A stretch of 64,000 bases of DNA. Origin: a virus. The notes under the pieces are model-generated. The model searched no databases. It had not been told where the DNA came from and saw only the letters and a list, made by a program, of their open reading frames with translations. Shown here piece after piece: positions 56,301-64,000 of this stretch. Location of the stretch: IMG/VR virus record IMGVR_UViG_3300023179_000089, positions 8,563-72,562 of that record. The stretch is one strand, 5' to 3'. How positions within the stretch are numbered: the stretch's first letter is position 1; each line of letters starts with the position of its first letter. Both the position numbers and the translations under genes were made by a program.

Positions 56301-57694
56301 ATAAAGATTACTATTCAGATTTAACAAATTTTGCAATTAAGTATTGGAAAAAATATGATAATCGAAACGATTTTGAGGCATATTTTCGAGCTTTGGAAAT
56401 TTACGATTTCACACTTTTCAAATACATTAAACGAGTTCTTCCTCAACGAGTAAACGGAATCATAGGTTTAGTAGTTGAACCGAACGTGTTAGAGCGTAGC
56501 AAGGTTAAATTACTAAACAAGCCAATTGTAGAAGATTTGTCGTATAGTGCATTAATTACTGCACCTGAAACAGTAATTCCTAGCGCCGAGTTTCACTCTA
56601 TTGAAGGAACGATAGAAAATAATATAGCACAGCCTTCAGGCGAAGTGCAAATCAATGAAGGAATAATTGAGTATGAAGTCGACGTAAATAAATTACCATC
56701 AACATACATACAACATAGATATATAGGAAAATACAAAGTAACAGAAACCGGTTCATATGAACCAATACAAACAATTGTATTAAATTCAACACCTTCATTT
56801 CATACTACGATACAAAATACAACAAATTTAACTGATCAATTATATGGAACTGGGTCTTTTAATTTAGGATCATATTATGCACAAAACGTGCCTTCATTTT
56901 CGGCAGTAACCGAGTCGTTAATTGGACTCAATTTAGATTTAAGATCTATACGAAATACATTTCCCCCTACAACGGATAGATCGCTAGTATTTGTGTCGTA
57001 TAATTTTAGTACGCCGTCGACTTTAGAATTAGCTAGTTCAGGTAGTACAATTGGTGGGGATACAAGAACAGATTCCTTTGACGTTGAAATTCCATATAAT
57101 TCATTAGACGACTCAAATTACATTTTAAATGAAAATAATTCATATAAAATTTTATTTGAGTGGACCGCTAGCTTTACGGTATCAAATCTGCACTCAAATG
57201 ATTATAGTTTATCTACTTTCTGCAGTAATCGATTCGGGCAAAATAGTGTATACTTTTTTTCAGAGACGCTAGCAGCTGCCCCGACGACTACATATGTATA
57301 TTCAGGATCTGTTAGCAGAATAGTATATCCTACATCGACTTCATTTACATTTGGAATAGCCTTTAATGCTTTGTATGACGATCAAGGAGTGGGCACTCCG
57401 GCGTATAATCCTGTTAATATAAAATACAAAAATTTTAAAATTCAGAAAAATGATGTCGCATCTGATATACAAGATTCTCATTTCAGTGATAACGGATTTT
57501 CTGGATTTTTAAATTTAAGATATTTCGGAAGTAAATTGACAGGTCCGGGAATTAACATTGACACGCCAAACACTATCGACGGAGGTCCAGTTGTTAAAAT
57601 AACAACAGTCAATCCAAATCAGTTAGTATTTGCGAGCAATCAAATTTCAACTATTGATCAATCTGCTACCGGAACTCAGCGAAGATCTATTTAA
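53378..57694 (+). CDS. large baseplate/virion protein with LamG-like region
   Basis: NNLPYILKSKGT..GIP..IKEYGG (gp7/tail-I-like), GHFQEIRLW; 1438 aa. Confidence 0.7.
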   Translation: MLSVYTNQQDLLRTSVPIPTTRYQTVDKELFDKRQFSVTLKDTPVKPKLEFHVYSNDGVYLTGDHGALFSIEKNNTSTNTEAYEYLAVNSRDVFARLGISRGQYRVVYNFFDNLIGSFEGEKLFIKEISPSRRELRLQLSNNDGITLRNQYQSFKDRWDETRKNDLFDSFVLNFGFNETFQIVNLRFEEQEYLEIIVKLYQPLPARFGERVKLWISEEIISPIVEVISIVPKEVSEAYNRLSGPNFDLDEFEGFSTATSYKSWNDLLAANIQTSQQIIDSQFSGSLSGLKLNISYRIFDNFVHYSSAVERVKNFKYKLEVIENYTNQINNVAVIPGGAIIQTNLADLYNKRNNIVSSFDDFEKYLFFESTGSQLYTHVDETANSIITGSGIINPWPKTTPVSATWQTAFSLWSTMTSQWSIASNPDPYGYFSIQELTTSATAEAYYADLLEKAELYDTLNIHKLQNTVPMHLQGLSDSDEFLLFVHMLGQHFDILWTYIKALSTIHTREEHPKDGMPSDLLYNVAKSLGFQLLNGKSTSDLWRYALGVDANGTALQTNVNGISSISDSDATKEVWRRIVNNLPYILKSKGTSRAIKALVTCFGIPTSILTIKEYGGPSTFTDNDHYPEYVHDTYRYAWLSTTGSIQIPITRYRNSLNTLVFPDSLEFRFKTDANFTYSTGTQYNILSGSGISLYLTKDSADDNQGTVTFVVNNTSGSIADLEIFDHSWQHVVISKVANVTASLQIAKSLYSKTIYLQSASFVTGSGVSNPLLTNTITFATGSNKLFGHFQEIRLWSGSLNDNTIREHAASPNTYTINVDRTAITTGDEGDAPYEQLLQRFSLANTQIDVSASKFVQPSIHPNQKINTGYIVFQNYAASSSIEFEGFEETYYTPSPSLGGASLYTNKVRIESSSLRPGTRLNIDSRVERSSFDRYSIDSNRLGVYFSPQTAINEDIFNQLGYFEIDDYIGNPGDLYKDYYSDLTNFAIKYWKKYDNRNDFEAYFRALEIYDFTLFKYIKRVLPQRVNGIIGLVVEPNVLERSKVKLLNKPIVEDLSYSALITAPETVIPSAEFHSIEGTIENNIAQPSGEVQINEGIIEYEVDVNKLPSTYIQHRYIGKYKVTETGSYEPIQTIVLNSTPSFHTTIQNTTNLTDQLYGTGSFNLGSYYAQNVPSFSAVTESLIGLNLDLRSIRNTFPPTTDRSLVFVSYNFSTPSTLELASSGSTIGGDTRTDSFDVEIPYNSLDDSNYILNENNSYKILFEWTASFTVSNLHSNDYSLSTFCSNRFGQNSVYFFSETLAAAPTTTYVYSGSVSRIVYPTSTSFTFGIAFNALYDDQGVGTPAYNPVNIKYKNFKIQKNDVASDIQDSHFSDNGFSGFLNLRYFGSKLTGPGINIDTPNTIDGGPVVKITTVNPNQLVFASNQISTIDQSATGTQRRSI

Positions 57695-57730
57695 GAATTT
57701 TCAAATACTAATATTTATTTAAAAGGAAAA

Positions 57731-58408
57731 ATGGGATATTTAAACAATAGCACAATTACTGTCGACGCTATTCTCACTAAAAAAGGCAGAGAATTGCTCG
57801 CAAAAGGTCAGAATGAATTTAAAATTACACAATTTGCTTTGTCAGACGATGAAATTGATTATGATCTTTGGAACCCTGCGCATCCGCTAGGCTCTGATTA
57901 CTATGGAATTATCATTGAAAATATGCCTCTAGTTGAAGCGTTTACTGATGAATCTAATATTATGCGTTACAAACTCGTGTCATTGCCGAAACGTACTGCC
58001 AGGATTCCGGTTATCAATGTACCTCAAACTTCAATTACATTAACTTCCCCAGGTCAAGTTGCGTCTATCGTACCGACTACGACAAACTTTACTTCAGGAA
58101 ATGCTACGTTAGGATATACTGCTATTCTTTCTGATTCAGATGCTGCTACGCTGCAAGTTACTCGTCCTGTAAATGCCGGCGTAAGCCCTACCGTGCCTAG
58201 ATTTATTGGCGACGAAGAATCAGCCCAATCTGTTTCAGCTGTTGGATTTAGTTTCAATGTCATTGCTAAACAGCAGCTTGTTTCTGATATTAACGCTACA
58301 GTTACTATTATAGGAAATGAAACTGGCGGAAGAACTACTATTAATTTACTCGTTAAGAAAACTCAATTAGCAACCGCAACTAACGTTGCTATTACAAACG
58401 CACAATAA
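57731..58408 (+). CDS. virion structural protein
   Basis: DAILTKKGRELLA..ITQFALSDDEIDY. Confidence 0.7.
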   Translation: MGYLNNSTITVDAILTKKGRELLAKGQNEFKITQFALSDDEIDYDLWNPAHPLGSDYYGIIIENMPLVEAFTDESNIMRYKLVSLPKRTARIPVINVPQTSITLTSPGQVASIVPTTTNFTSGNATLGYTAILSDSDAATLQVTRPVNAGVSPTVPRFIGDEESAQSVSAVGFSFNVIAKQQLVSDINATVTIIGNETGGRTTINLLVKKTQLATATNVAITNAQ

Positions 58409-58417
58409 TAATACAAT

Positions 58418-59662
58418 ATGGGACTTATTAGATCAAATCCTGCATCATTGTCTAGCCCTCTCTTACCAGCCGGCACCGGCATAAATACAGCCGGAGCTAC
58501 GATCGGAGGAAGCTTGCTAGCCGAAATCGAGGCTCGTGCTAACGAAATTGCCGATCAACGCGAAAGAAATAACGATCCTCTTAGATCTAACTCAAACGGA
58601 AGAGTGTTCACTCGGTTTGATTTAAGTTCAGATGTAGTTGGAAATCAAAAAACAATTGTAACGACAGGTCTTTTTTCAGGAAACGCAGCTACAATGTCTG
58701 TAATGTACACGAGTTCATTACAAACAGACTCTTCAAAAAATTATTATTATGAAGCTTGGAATGGAACTTCTACATCTTCAGAACCGCAATTTTCTATTGC
58801 ATATGGAAATAGACTCGGATCGGGGTCGTCAGCAGCCGGGACATTAAATGATTCGCCATCTCGAGCAATCTATTCGCAATATCGATTATTGCTTTTAGAA
58901 CCTGGAGATACTACATTTACAACTGGATTAGGCGATACAGATTCAATTTTTGCATTGAATTTTAACAGAGCTCGAATTAAAGATAAATTAGATCCAGGTA
59001 ATTGGCAATTAACTATTGGAGAATTAAATGGTGACGCCGTTGCTAACAATGTTCATACTGGGTCCAATGTTAAAATTAACACGTCAAGTCCGAAATTTTT
59101 CAATTTAATTGACGATTCTGGTCAAACTCAAGAAACAAATTTAACATCCGCGGGTCGCGTATTTAATATTGTTTCAGGATCTATTACGTCGGGTATTTAC
59201 AATTCCACTAATCCAGTATATTTTGGATTATGCTATCCGGACATGGGAATATTAATATTAGATGGAAATATGTTAAATGCTTCAGCGTCGTTTAATATCG
59301 TGTCTGGATCAAATATTGCCGGAGACAATGCTTGGAAACTTTTTACTTCTATATCAGGGTCTATGTCAAATAATAGGATCGACTATGCAATGCAGGCTCG
59401 TAATGCAGAAACAGTAACTTCAACGCATTATTTTGTACGAGTAAAAAATGCAGAATATAATTTTTCAAACAATCCATCATTTGTAACCGGATCAGTAGGA
59501 GAATTAGCTCAGCCAACATTTATTGGAGACCCGAAAGTTTACATTACGACAATTGGATTGTATAATGACCGTCAGGAACTTCTTGCAGTTGCTAAACTTT
59601 CTCAGCCTGTACAAAAATCATTTAGTAAAGAAGCTCTAATAAAAGTTAAGTTGGATTTTTGA
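58418..59662 (+). CDS. virion structural protein
   Basis: C-terminal YITTIGLYND..LLAVAKL..KLDF, shared with next gene. Confidence 0.7.
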   Translation: MGLIRSNPASLSSPLLPAGTGINTAGATIGGSLLAEIEARANEIADQRERNNDPLRSNSNGRVFTRFDLSSDVVGNQKTIVTTGLFSGNAATMSVMYTSSLQTDSSKNYYYEAWNGTSTSSEPQFSIAYGNRLGSGSSAAGTLNDSPSRAIYSQYRLLLLEPGDTTFTTGLGDTDSIFALNFNRARIKDKLDPGNWQLTIGELNGDAVANNVHTGSNVKINTSSPKFFNLIDDSGQTQETNLTSAGRVFNIVSGSITSGIYNSTNPVYFGLCYPDMGILILDGNMLNASASFNIVSGSNIAGDNAWKLFTSISGSMSNNRIDYAMQARNAETVTSTHYFVRVKNAEYNFSNNPSFVTGSVGELAQPTFIGDPKVYITTIGLYNDRQELLAVAKLSQPVQKSFSKEALIKVKLDF

Positions 59663-59730
59663 CGTATTTATAAAAATGCTAATAAATAGGCTCTTTGATA
59701 TTTATATTAAAGAGCCTATCTACTTCAGTC

Positions 59731-61485
59731 ATGGGAAAACCCGGCGTATTTAAAAATATTAATTATCAAGATCGTACGATTACTCCATTTAAAGTTTATA
59801 AATCATGGAGATATGAAACGACATCAAGTTTAGATTCTGGAGGCCCGGATCGATTAGTTGCGATAAAACCAAATCCAAAACTATACACCGGAAATAAAGT
59901 TACACTTGATACCTGGCAATTGCAAGCAGATTCAGCATCGCTTTTATTTAATATTGAGCGAGATTTACCAACTTCAGTTTTTTGGTATAGCTTAAATCAC
60001 CTATACTATAAACGAGCTGGTAAGCCAGCAGAAACGTTTGGATATGCAGATCCTGCTGCTATAGAGCGTACAATTTTTGATGAGGCTTCTATAATTTCCA
60101 TACCACAAACGCAATTTGGAGAAGCTATTAAGCCCGGATCTGTTATTTTCAAACTAAAAAATAACAGTTTATATACCAACTTAATTACGCTGACAGACGA
60201 TGGGCAAGGAAATTTAATTGATACTGAACTAAGTAGCTCGATATCTCATGAAATGTTATATTTAGGATTTAATTCATCGACGTATGAGCGTAATTGGACT
60301 GACAGTCTTTCACAATTAACGACATCTACAAATGACATTATTACAATTTACACAGACACGATAATTCCAGATTATTCAGTGACATCGAAAAATGTATGGA
60401 TTTATCCAAAATCGCTATCAACGTCATCTATAAATTACGGCAATTCTGCATATTTTAATGGAACGTCGTATATTAGAATTCCAAATCATGAATTGATTAA
60501 TTTTAAGAAAAGTGAAGATTTTGCAGTATCATTTTGGATTAATCCAGATTCAATTTCTTCGTTTTTTGGTACTCGACCTCGTTACATTTTAACGAAACGA
60601 ACTACGGCTACGGGAAATTATTTATCTAGAACTCTTATTCGAACAGGAGATGTTAACGTTAACGCATCGCAATATCCAGTTGAAATAACATTCAATCCTG
60701 CTACTGCATTTACTACTACTCAAATCGTATGTAAACAATCTAATGGCCCGACAAAAACAACGTTACAAGCGTCAGTTCTTTCCGGACAAAACACTCATGT
60801 TTTAGTGCAGCAATCTGGGTCGTCATTTCAATTGTATATAAATGGAGCATTAGCAGCGTCTGATACATTGCCGGTAGAAGGGAATATACACAGTAAAGCC
60901 GATTGGTTTTTAGGATCGCTTGGTACCTCTACTTCTCAAATGTATGAAGGATGGCTAGACGACTTTTTTATTTTTAAGAAAGCGCTAACTGCAGATGAAG
61001 TACTTCAATTAGCATACACAGGCTCTGAAAACTTAATGGTTACTAATACCAATGCAGTTGGAAATGTATTTTATGAGCATGGAATGATAGTGCTATCAGA
61101 CCCTAGAGCGAAATACGGAACTTCATTGAATAGACCATTCAATGACAAAGTATATACATACACTTCTAATGTCACCGGCTCAGGCAATCTATCTCAATTT
61201 TATTTGGAATACAATTCGACAGTTACTTTGTATGAACATGAATATATTTGCAAAATAAAAGAAGATGAATTTAATTTTACTTCTAATGCAACTATTCGAT
61301 TAGACAATTCAGAAGATTCTGAAGTACCAAAATCTTTTGTAGCTAATGAAGAATTTTCACCTTACATAACAACTGTCGGGTTATTTGACAAGCATGGTCG
61401 GCTTTTAGCTGTTGGAAAATTAGGAACTCCAATTAAAAAACGAGATGACGTCGACTTAAATATAATAGTTCGATTTGATATATAA
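59731..61485 (+). CDS. virion structural protein with LamG/ConA-like domain
   Basis: FAVSFWI, LYING, GWLDDFFIFKKALT; C-terminal YITTVGLFD..LLAVGKL..RFD. Confidence 0.75.
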   Translation: MGKPGVFKNINYQDRTITPFKVYKSWRYETTSSLDSGGPDRLVAIKPNPKLYTGNKVTLDTWQLQADSASLLFNIERDLPTSVFWYSLNHLYYKRAGKPAETFGYADPAAIERTIFDEASIISIPQTQFGEAIKPGSVIFKLKNNSLYTNLITLTDDGQGNLIDTELSSSISHEMLYLGFNSSTYERNWTDSLSQLTTSTNDIITIYTDTIIPDYSVTSKNVWIYPKSLSTSSINYGNSAYFNGTSYIRIPNHELINFKKSEDFAVSFWINPDSISSFFGTRPRYILTKRTTATGNYLSRTLIRTGDVNVNASQYPVEITFNPATAFTTTQIVCKQSNGPTKTTLQASVLSGQNTHVLVQQSGSSFQLYINGALAASDTLPVEGNIHSKADWFLGSLGTSTSQMYEGWLDDFFIFKKALTADEVLQLAYTGSENLMVTNTNAVGNVFYEHGMIVLSDPRAKYGTSLNRPFNDKVYTYTSNVTGSGNLSQFYLEYNSTVTLYEHEYICKIKEDEFNFTSNATIRLDNSEDSEVPKSFVANEEFSPYITTVGLFDKHGRLLAVGKLGTPIKKRDDVDLNIIVRFDI

Positions 61486-61499
61486 ATTTTAAAAAAGTT

Positions 61500-61904
61500 A
61501 TGGCTCGCAAAAAATTTTCAAAAAAAGCTGTCGCAGCGATGTATGGATTTCGCTCAGGATTAGAACTTCAAATAGATGAATCGCTAAAGCAACGAGGTAT
61601 AGATGGTGAATATGAAAAACACATCATCAAATACGTCAAACCAGAAACGCATCACAAATATCATCCTGACTTCAGATTACCTAATGGAATATTCATAGAA
61701 ACTAAAGGTCGCTTCCTTTCTGACGACAGGAAAAAACATTTACTAATAAAAAGTCAATTTCCTGAAATAGACATTCGATTTTTATTTCAAAATGCAAAAA
61801 CAAAAATTAGTAAAGCTTCAAAAACTACATATGCAGATTGGTGCGATAAAAACGGATTCAAATGGGCAGAAAAAATGATTCCTGATTCATGGATTCTAGA
61901 ATAA
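61500..61904 (+). CDS. Holliday junction resolvase, T7 endonuclease I-like
   Basis: FRSGLE, YHPDF, IETKGRF, DRKKHLLIK, TTYADWC. Confidence 0.92.
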   Translation: MARKKFSKKAVAAMYGFRSGLELQIDESLKQRGIDGEYEKHIIKYVKPETHHKYHPDFRLPNGIFIETKGRFLSDDRKKHLLIKSQFPEIDIRFLFQNAKTKISKASKTTYADWCDKNGFKWAEKMIPDSWILE

Positions 61905-61943
61905 TTTTGTAGTTTGAAATGTTTATCTTATATTTTCTTGACG

Positions 61944-62876
61944 ATGGATACTAGATTATTGCACATAACCGAATCTATATTAGGAAAAGGAAAAGTTACT
62001 AACAAAGGGAATGTAGCGTTTAGCTGCCCATTTTGCCACTCAACTAAAAAGAAATTAGAAGTGCAAATGATTACTTCGGATAAAGGAGAAAACCATTGGC
62101 ACTGTTGGATTTGTAACGCAGCGGGTAAAAAAATGTCGACGCTATTCAAAGCTTTAAACGTAGGCAGAGATAAAGTTTCAGAGCTTTATAAGATTTTAAA
62201 AATTCAACCAAAAAGTTATGAAAAAAACTTTTATGATAATGTAATAGTCGAACTTCCAAAAGAATATACGCCGCTCTATAAAACTTCAGACTCTACAGAG
62301 TATAAAAATGCTATTCATTATCTTCGAAGTAAAAGAAATATTTCGTTGCCTGAAATTGTAAAATATGGAATTGGATATTGCGAAACTGGAGAATATGCTA
62401 AAAAAATTATAATTCCTTCATATGATGAAGTAGGAAAATTAAATTATTTTGTTGGTCGAGCGTATTATGACGTTGAAAGTTTTAAGCATAAAAATCCAGA
62501 AGCATCTAAAAATATTGTAGGATTTGAATTGTTTATTAATTGGTCACTTCCTTTAGTGTTAGTTGAAGGAGCATTTGATGCTATAGCAGTTCGGAGAAAT
62601 GCCATTCCATTATTTGGCAAAACAATATCAGAAGATTTACGTAAAAAGATTATAGAATATAAAGTATCAAAACTATATATTTGTTTAGATAAAGACGCCC
62701 AAAAACAAGCTCTTGCACACGCAGAATATTTTATGAACAACGGCGTAGAAGTTTATTTTGTAGATTTACATGAAAAAGATCCTGCAGAGATTGGGTTTGA
62801 CAGTATGTGTAAATTAATAAAATCTACAAAACCTTTAACATTTTCAAAATTTATAGAATACAAATTAGGATTATGA
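61944..62876 (+). CDS. DnaG-type DNA primase
   Basis: CPFC..HCWIC Zn finger, IIIP, FVGR, TOPRIM VEGAFD / LDKDA, KDP. Confidence 0.9.
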   Translation: MDTRLLHITESILGKGKVTNKGNVAFSCPFCHSTKKKLEVQMITSDKGENHWHCWICNAAGKKMSTLFKALNVGRDKVSELYKILKIQPKSYEKNFYDNVIVELPKEYTPLYKTSDSTEYKNAIHYLRSKRNISLPEIVKYGIGYCETGEYAKKIIIPSYDEVGKLNYFVGRAYYDVESFKHKNPEASKNIVGFELFINWSLPLVLVEGAFDAIAVRRNAIPLFGKTISEDLRKKIIEYKVSKLYICLDKDAQKQALAHAEYFMNNGVEVYFVDLHEKDPAEIGFDSMCKLIKSTKPLTFSKFIEYKLGL

Positions 62877-63565
62877 CAAAAATCAATATTGGAATTGATA
62901 AAATCGAAAAAATTTATCACATCAGTGACATTCACATTCGAAATCTTAAACGTCACCAAGAATATCGCATAGTTTTTAATCGAGCTGTAGAATTAATAAA
63001 AAAATCTTTAACGGAAAATGACATTATCTTTTTAGGCGGTGATATAGTGCACGCTAAAACTGACATGACTCCGGAACTTATTCAGGCAGTGCAAGAGTTT
63101 TTTAAACAATTTGCAGACATTGCGCCGACTATATTAATTACAGGAAATCATGACTGCAACTTAAATAATAAATCGAGGCTAGATGCATTGACGCCAATCG
63201 TTAATGCTTTAAATCATCCTAATTTATTCTATTTAAAAGACTCTGGGATATATGAAATTGCTGATAAGCATTTTGTCGTTATGTCAGTATTTGACAAGCC
63301 AAAAGACTTTATCAGGGCTAGTTCATTTACTGCTGATTATAAAATTGCACTTCATCACGGAGCCGTTAATAATGCAATGACCGACATTGGGTTTCGACTA
63401 CAAAATGACCATGTTGATATTGATTTGTTTGATGGATATTCGATTTGTATGTTGGGTGATATTCATAAACCCAATCAAACTTTGCAAGAATATTCATATG
63501 AAGAATTAGAAGTTGATGAAAGTGAATTAGATAAATATTTGTCAGAAGGATGGGAAATAATATGA
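62873..63565 (+). CDS. SbcD/Mre11 (gp47-like) nuclease, N-terminal part
   Basis: SDIH, GGDIVH, GNHD, HHG, GDIHK; ends before the usual YxGS strand. Confidence 0.8.
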   Translation: MTKINIGIDKIEKIYHISDIHIRNLKRHQEYRIVFNRAVELIKKSLTENDIIFLGGDIVHAKTDMTPELIQAVQEFFKQFADIAPTILITGNHDCNLNNKSRLDALTPIVNALNHPNLFYLKDSGIYEIADKHFVVMSVFDKPKDFIRASSFTADYKIALHHGAVNNAMTDIGFRLQNDHVDIDLFDGYSICMLGDIHKPNQTLQEYSYEELEVDESELDKYLSEGWEII

Positions 63566-63610
63566 TTTTGTTTTTTTAGGTGTTATATATTTATAATAAA
63601 ATAAATAAAG

Positions 63611-64000
63611 ATGCCTAGAAAAATGCAAACTTTACATTGTAAAGAGTGTTCAAAAGAATTTAGTATTGAGTATTCCCAGTTCCGAGCTCGCGGCGGCGAC
63701 AATCGAATTAACTGGTTTTGCTCAAAAAAATGTTCAAACATATACCATAATCGAATTAAATCGAAATCAGCCCAAATTAAAAAAATATGTTTAAACTGTT
63801 TAAAAGAATATGTCACGTTGAAATGTGTTGAAAATACATCTAATTACTGTTCTAGAAAATGTAAAGATTTATATCAATCAGTACTATTTAAAGGAGACAA
63901 AAATCCAAATTTTAGAAATTCAATTTTAAAAGGAACGTCACGTCCTAAGGACGTTATTGAAAAAATAAAAATAGGTGTTACAGAAAGTTGGAAAGATCCG
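63611..64000 (+). CDS. homing-endonuclease-like protein, truncated by window edge
   Basis: Open to the end: CKEC..FCSKKC, CLNC..YCSRKC, KGDKNPNF; nuclease domain not visible. Confidence 0.6.
   Translation, partial: MPRKMQTLHCKECSKEFSIEYSQFRARGGDNRINWFCSKKCSNIYHNRIKSKSAQIKKICLNCLKEYVTLKCVENTSNYCSRKCKDLYQSVLFKGDKNPNFRNSILKGTSRPKDVIEKIKIGVTESWKDP

Noticed and set aside
52-63816. Minus-strand and alternate-frame ORFs in the track (e.g. 88-318, 21271-21642, 35374-35691, 49037-49375, 63583-63816)
   Set aside because: They are shadows of well-supported + strand genes, with no motifs or promoters.
1-64000. Stop-codon reassignment as in some Bacteroidota phages
   Set aside because: Long conserved genes are intact in code 11, and TAG/TGA end genes at sensible boundaries.

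Overview
AT-rich, almost entirely + strand segment of a large lytic T4-like/jumbo myophage, standard genetic code. The host is most likely Bacteroidota, based on TTTG-N19/20-TAnnTTTA promoters, A-rich translation starts without Shine-Dalgarno, a tmRNA tag ending YALAA, and DUF4494. 0-6.3 kb: membrane/lysis-type genes and a phage two-component module (GAF-PAS histidine kinase, stand-alone receiver, coiled-coil membrane protein, holin-like protein). 7.2-38 kb: accessory region driven by about 13 copies of a composite early promoter. It holds attC-like cassette sites, three tRNA-like RNAs around a structured ncRNA, repeat-rich non-coding loci, RadA-like ATPase, DUF932, MoxR-vWA-peptidase, TraR/DksA-like protein, tmRNA, thyA with flanking gene accretion, LpxH-like phosphoesterase, thioesterase, DNA ligase, SLT and tRNA-Met. 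38-47 kb: methyltransferase, UvsE, ClpP, HD protein, sigma factor. 47-61.5 kb: baseplate/virion genes. 61.5-64 kb: resolvase, primase and an apparently split SbcD/Mre11 followed by a homing-endonuclease-like ORF. All calls come from motif recognition by eye; no searches were run.
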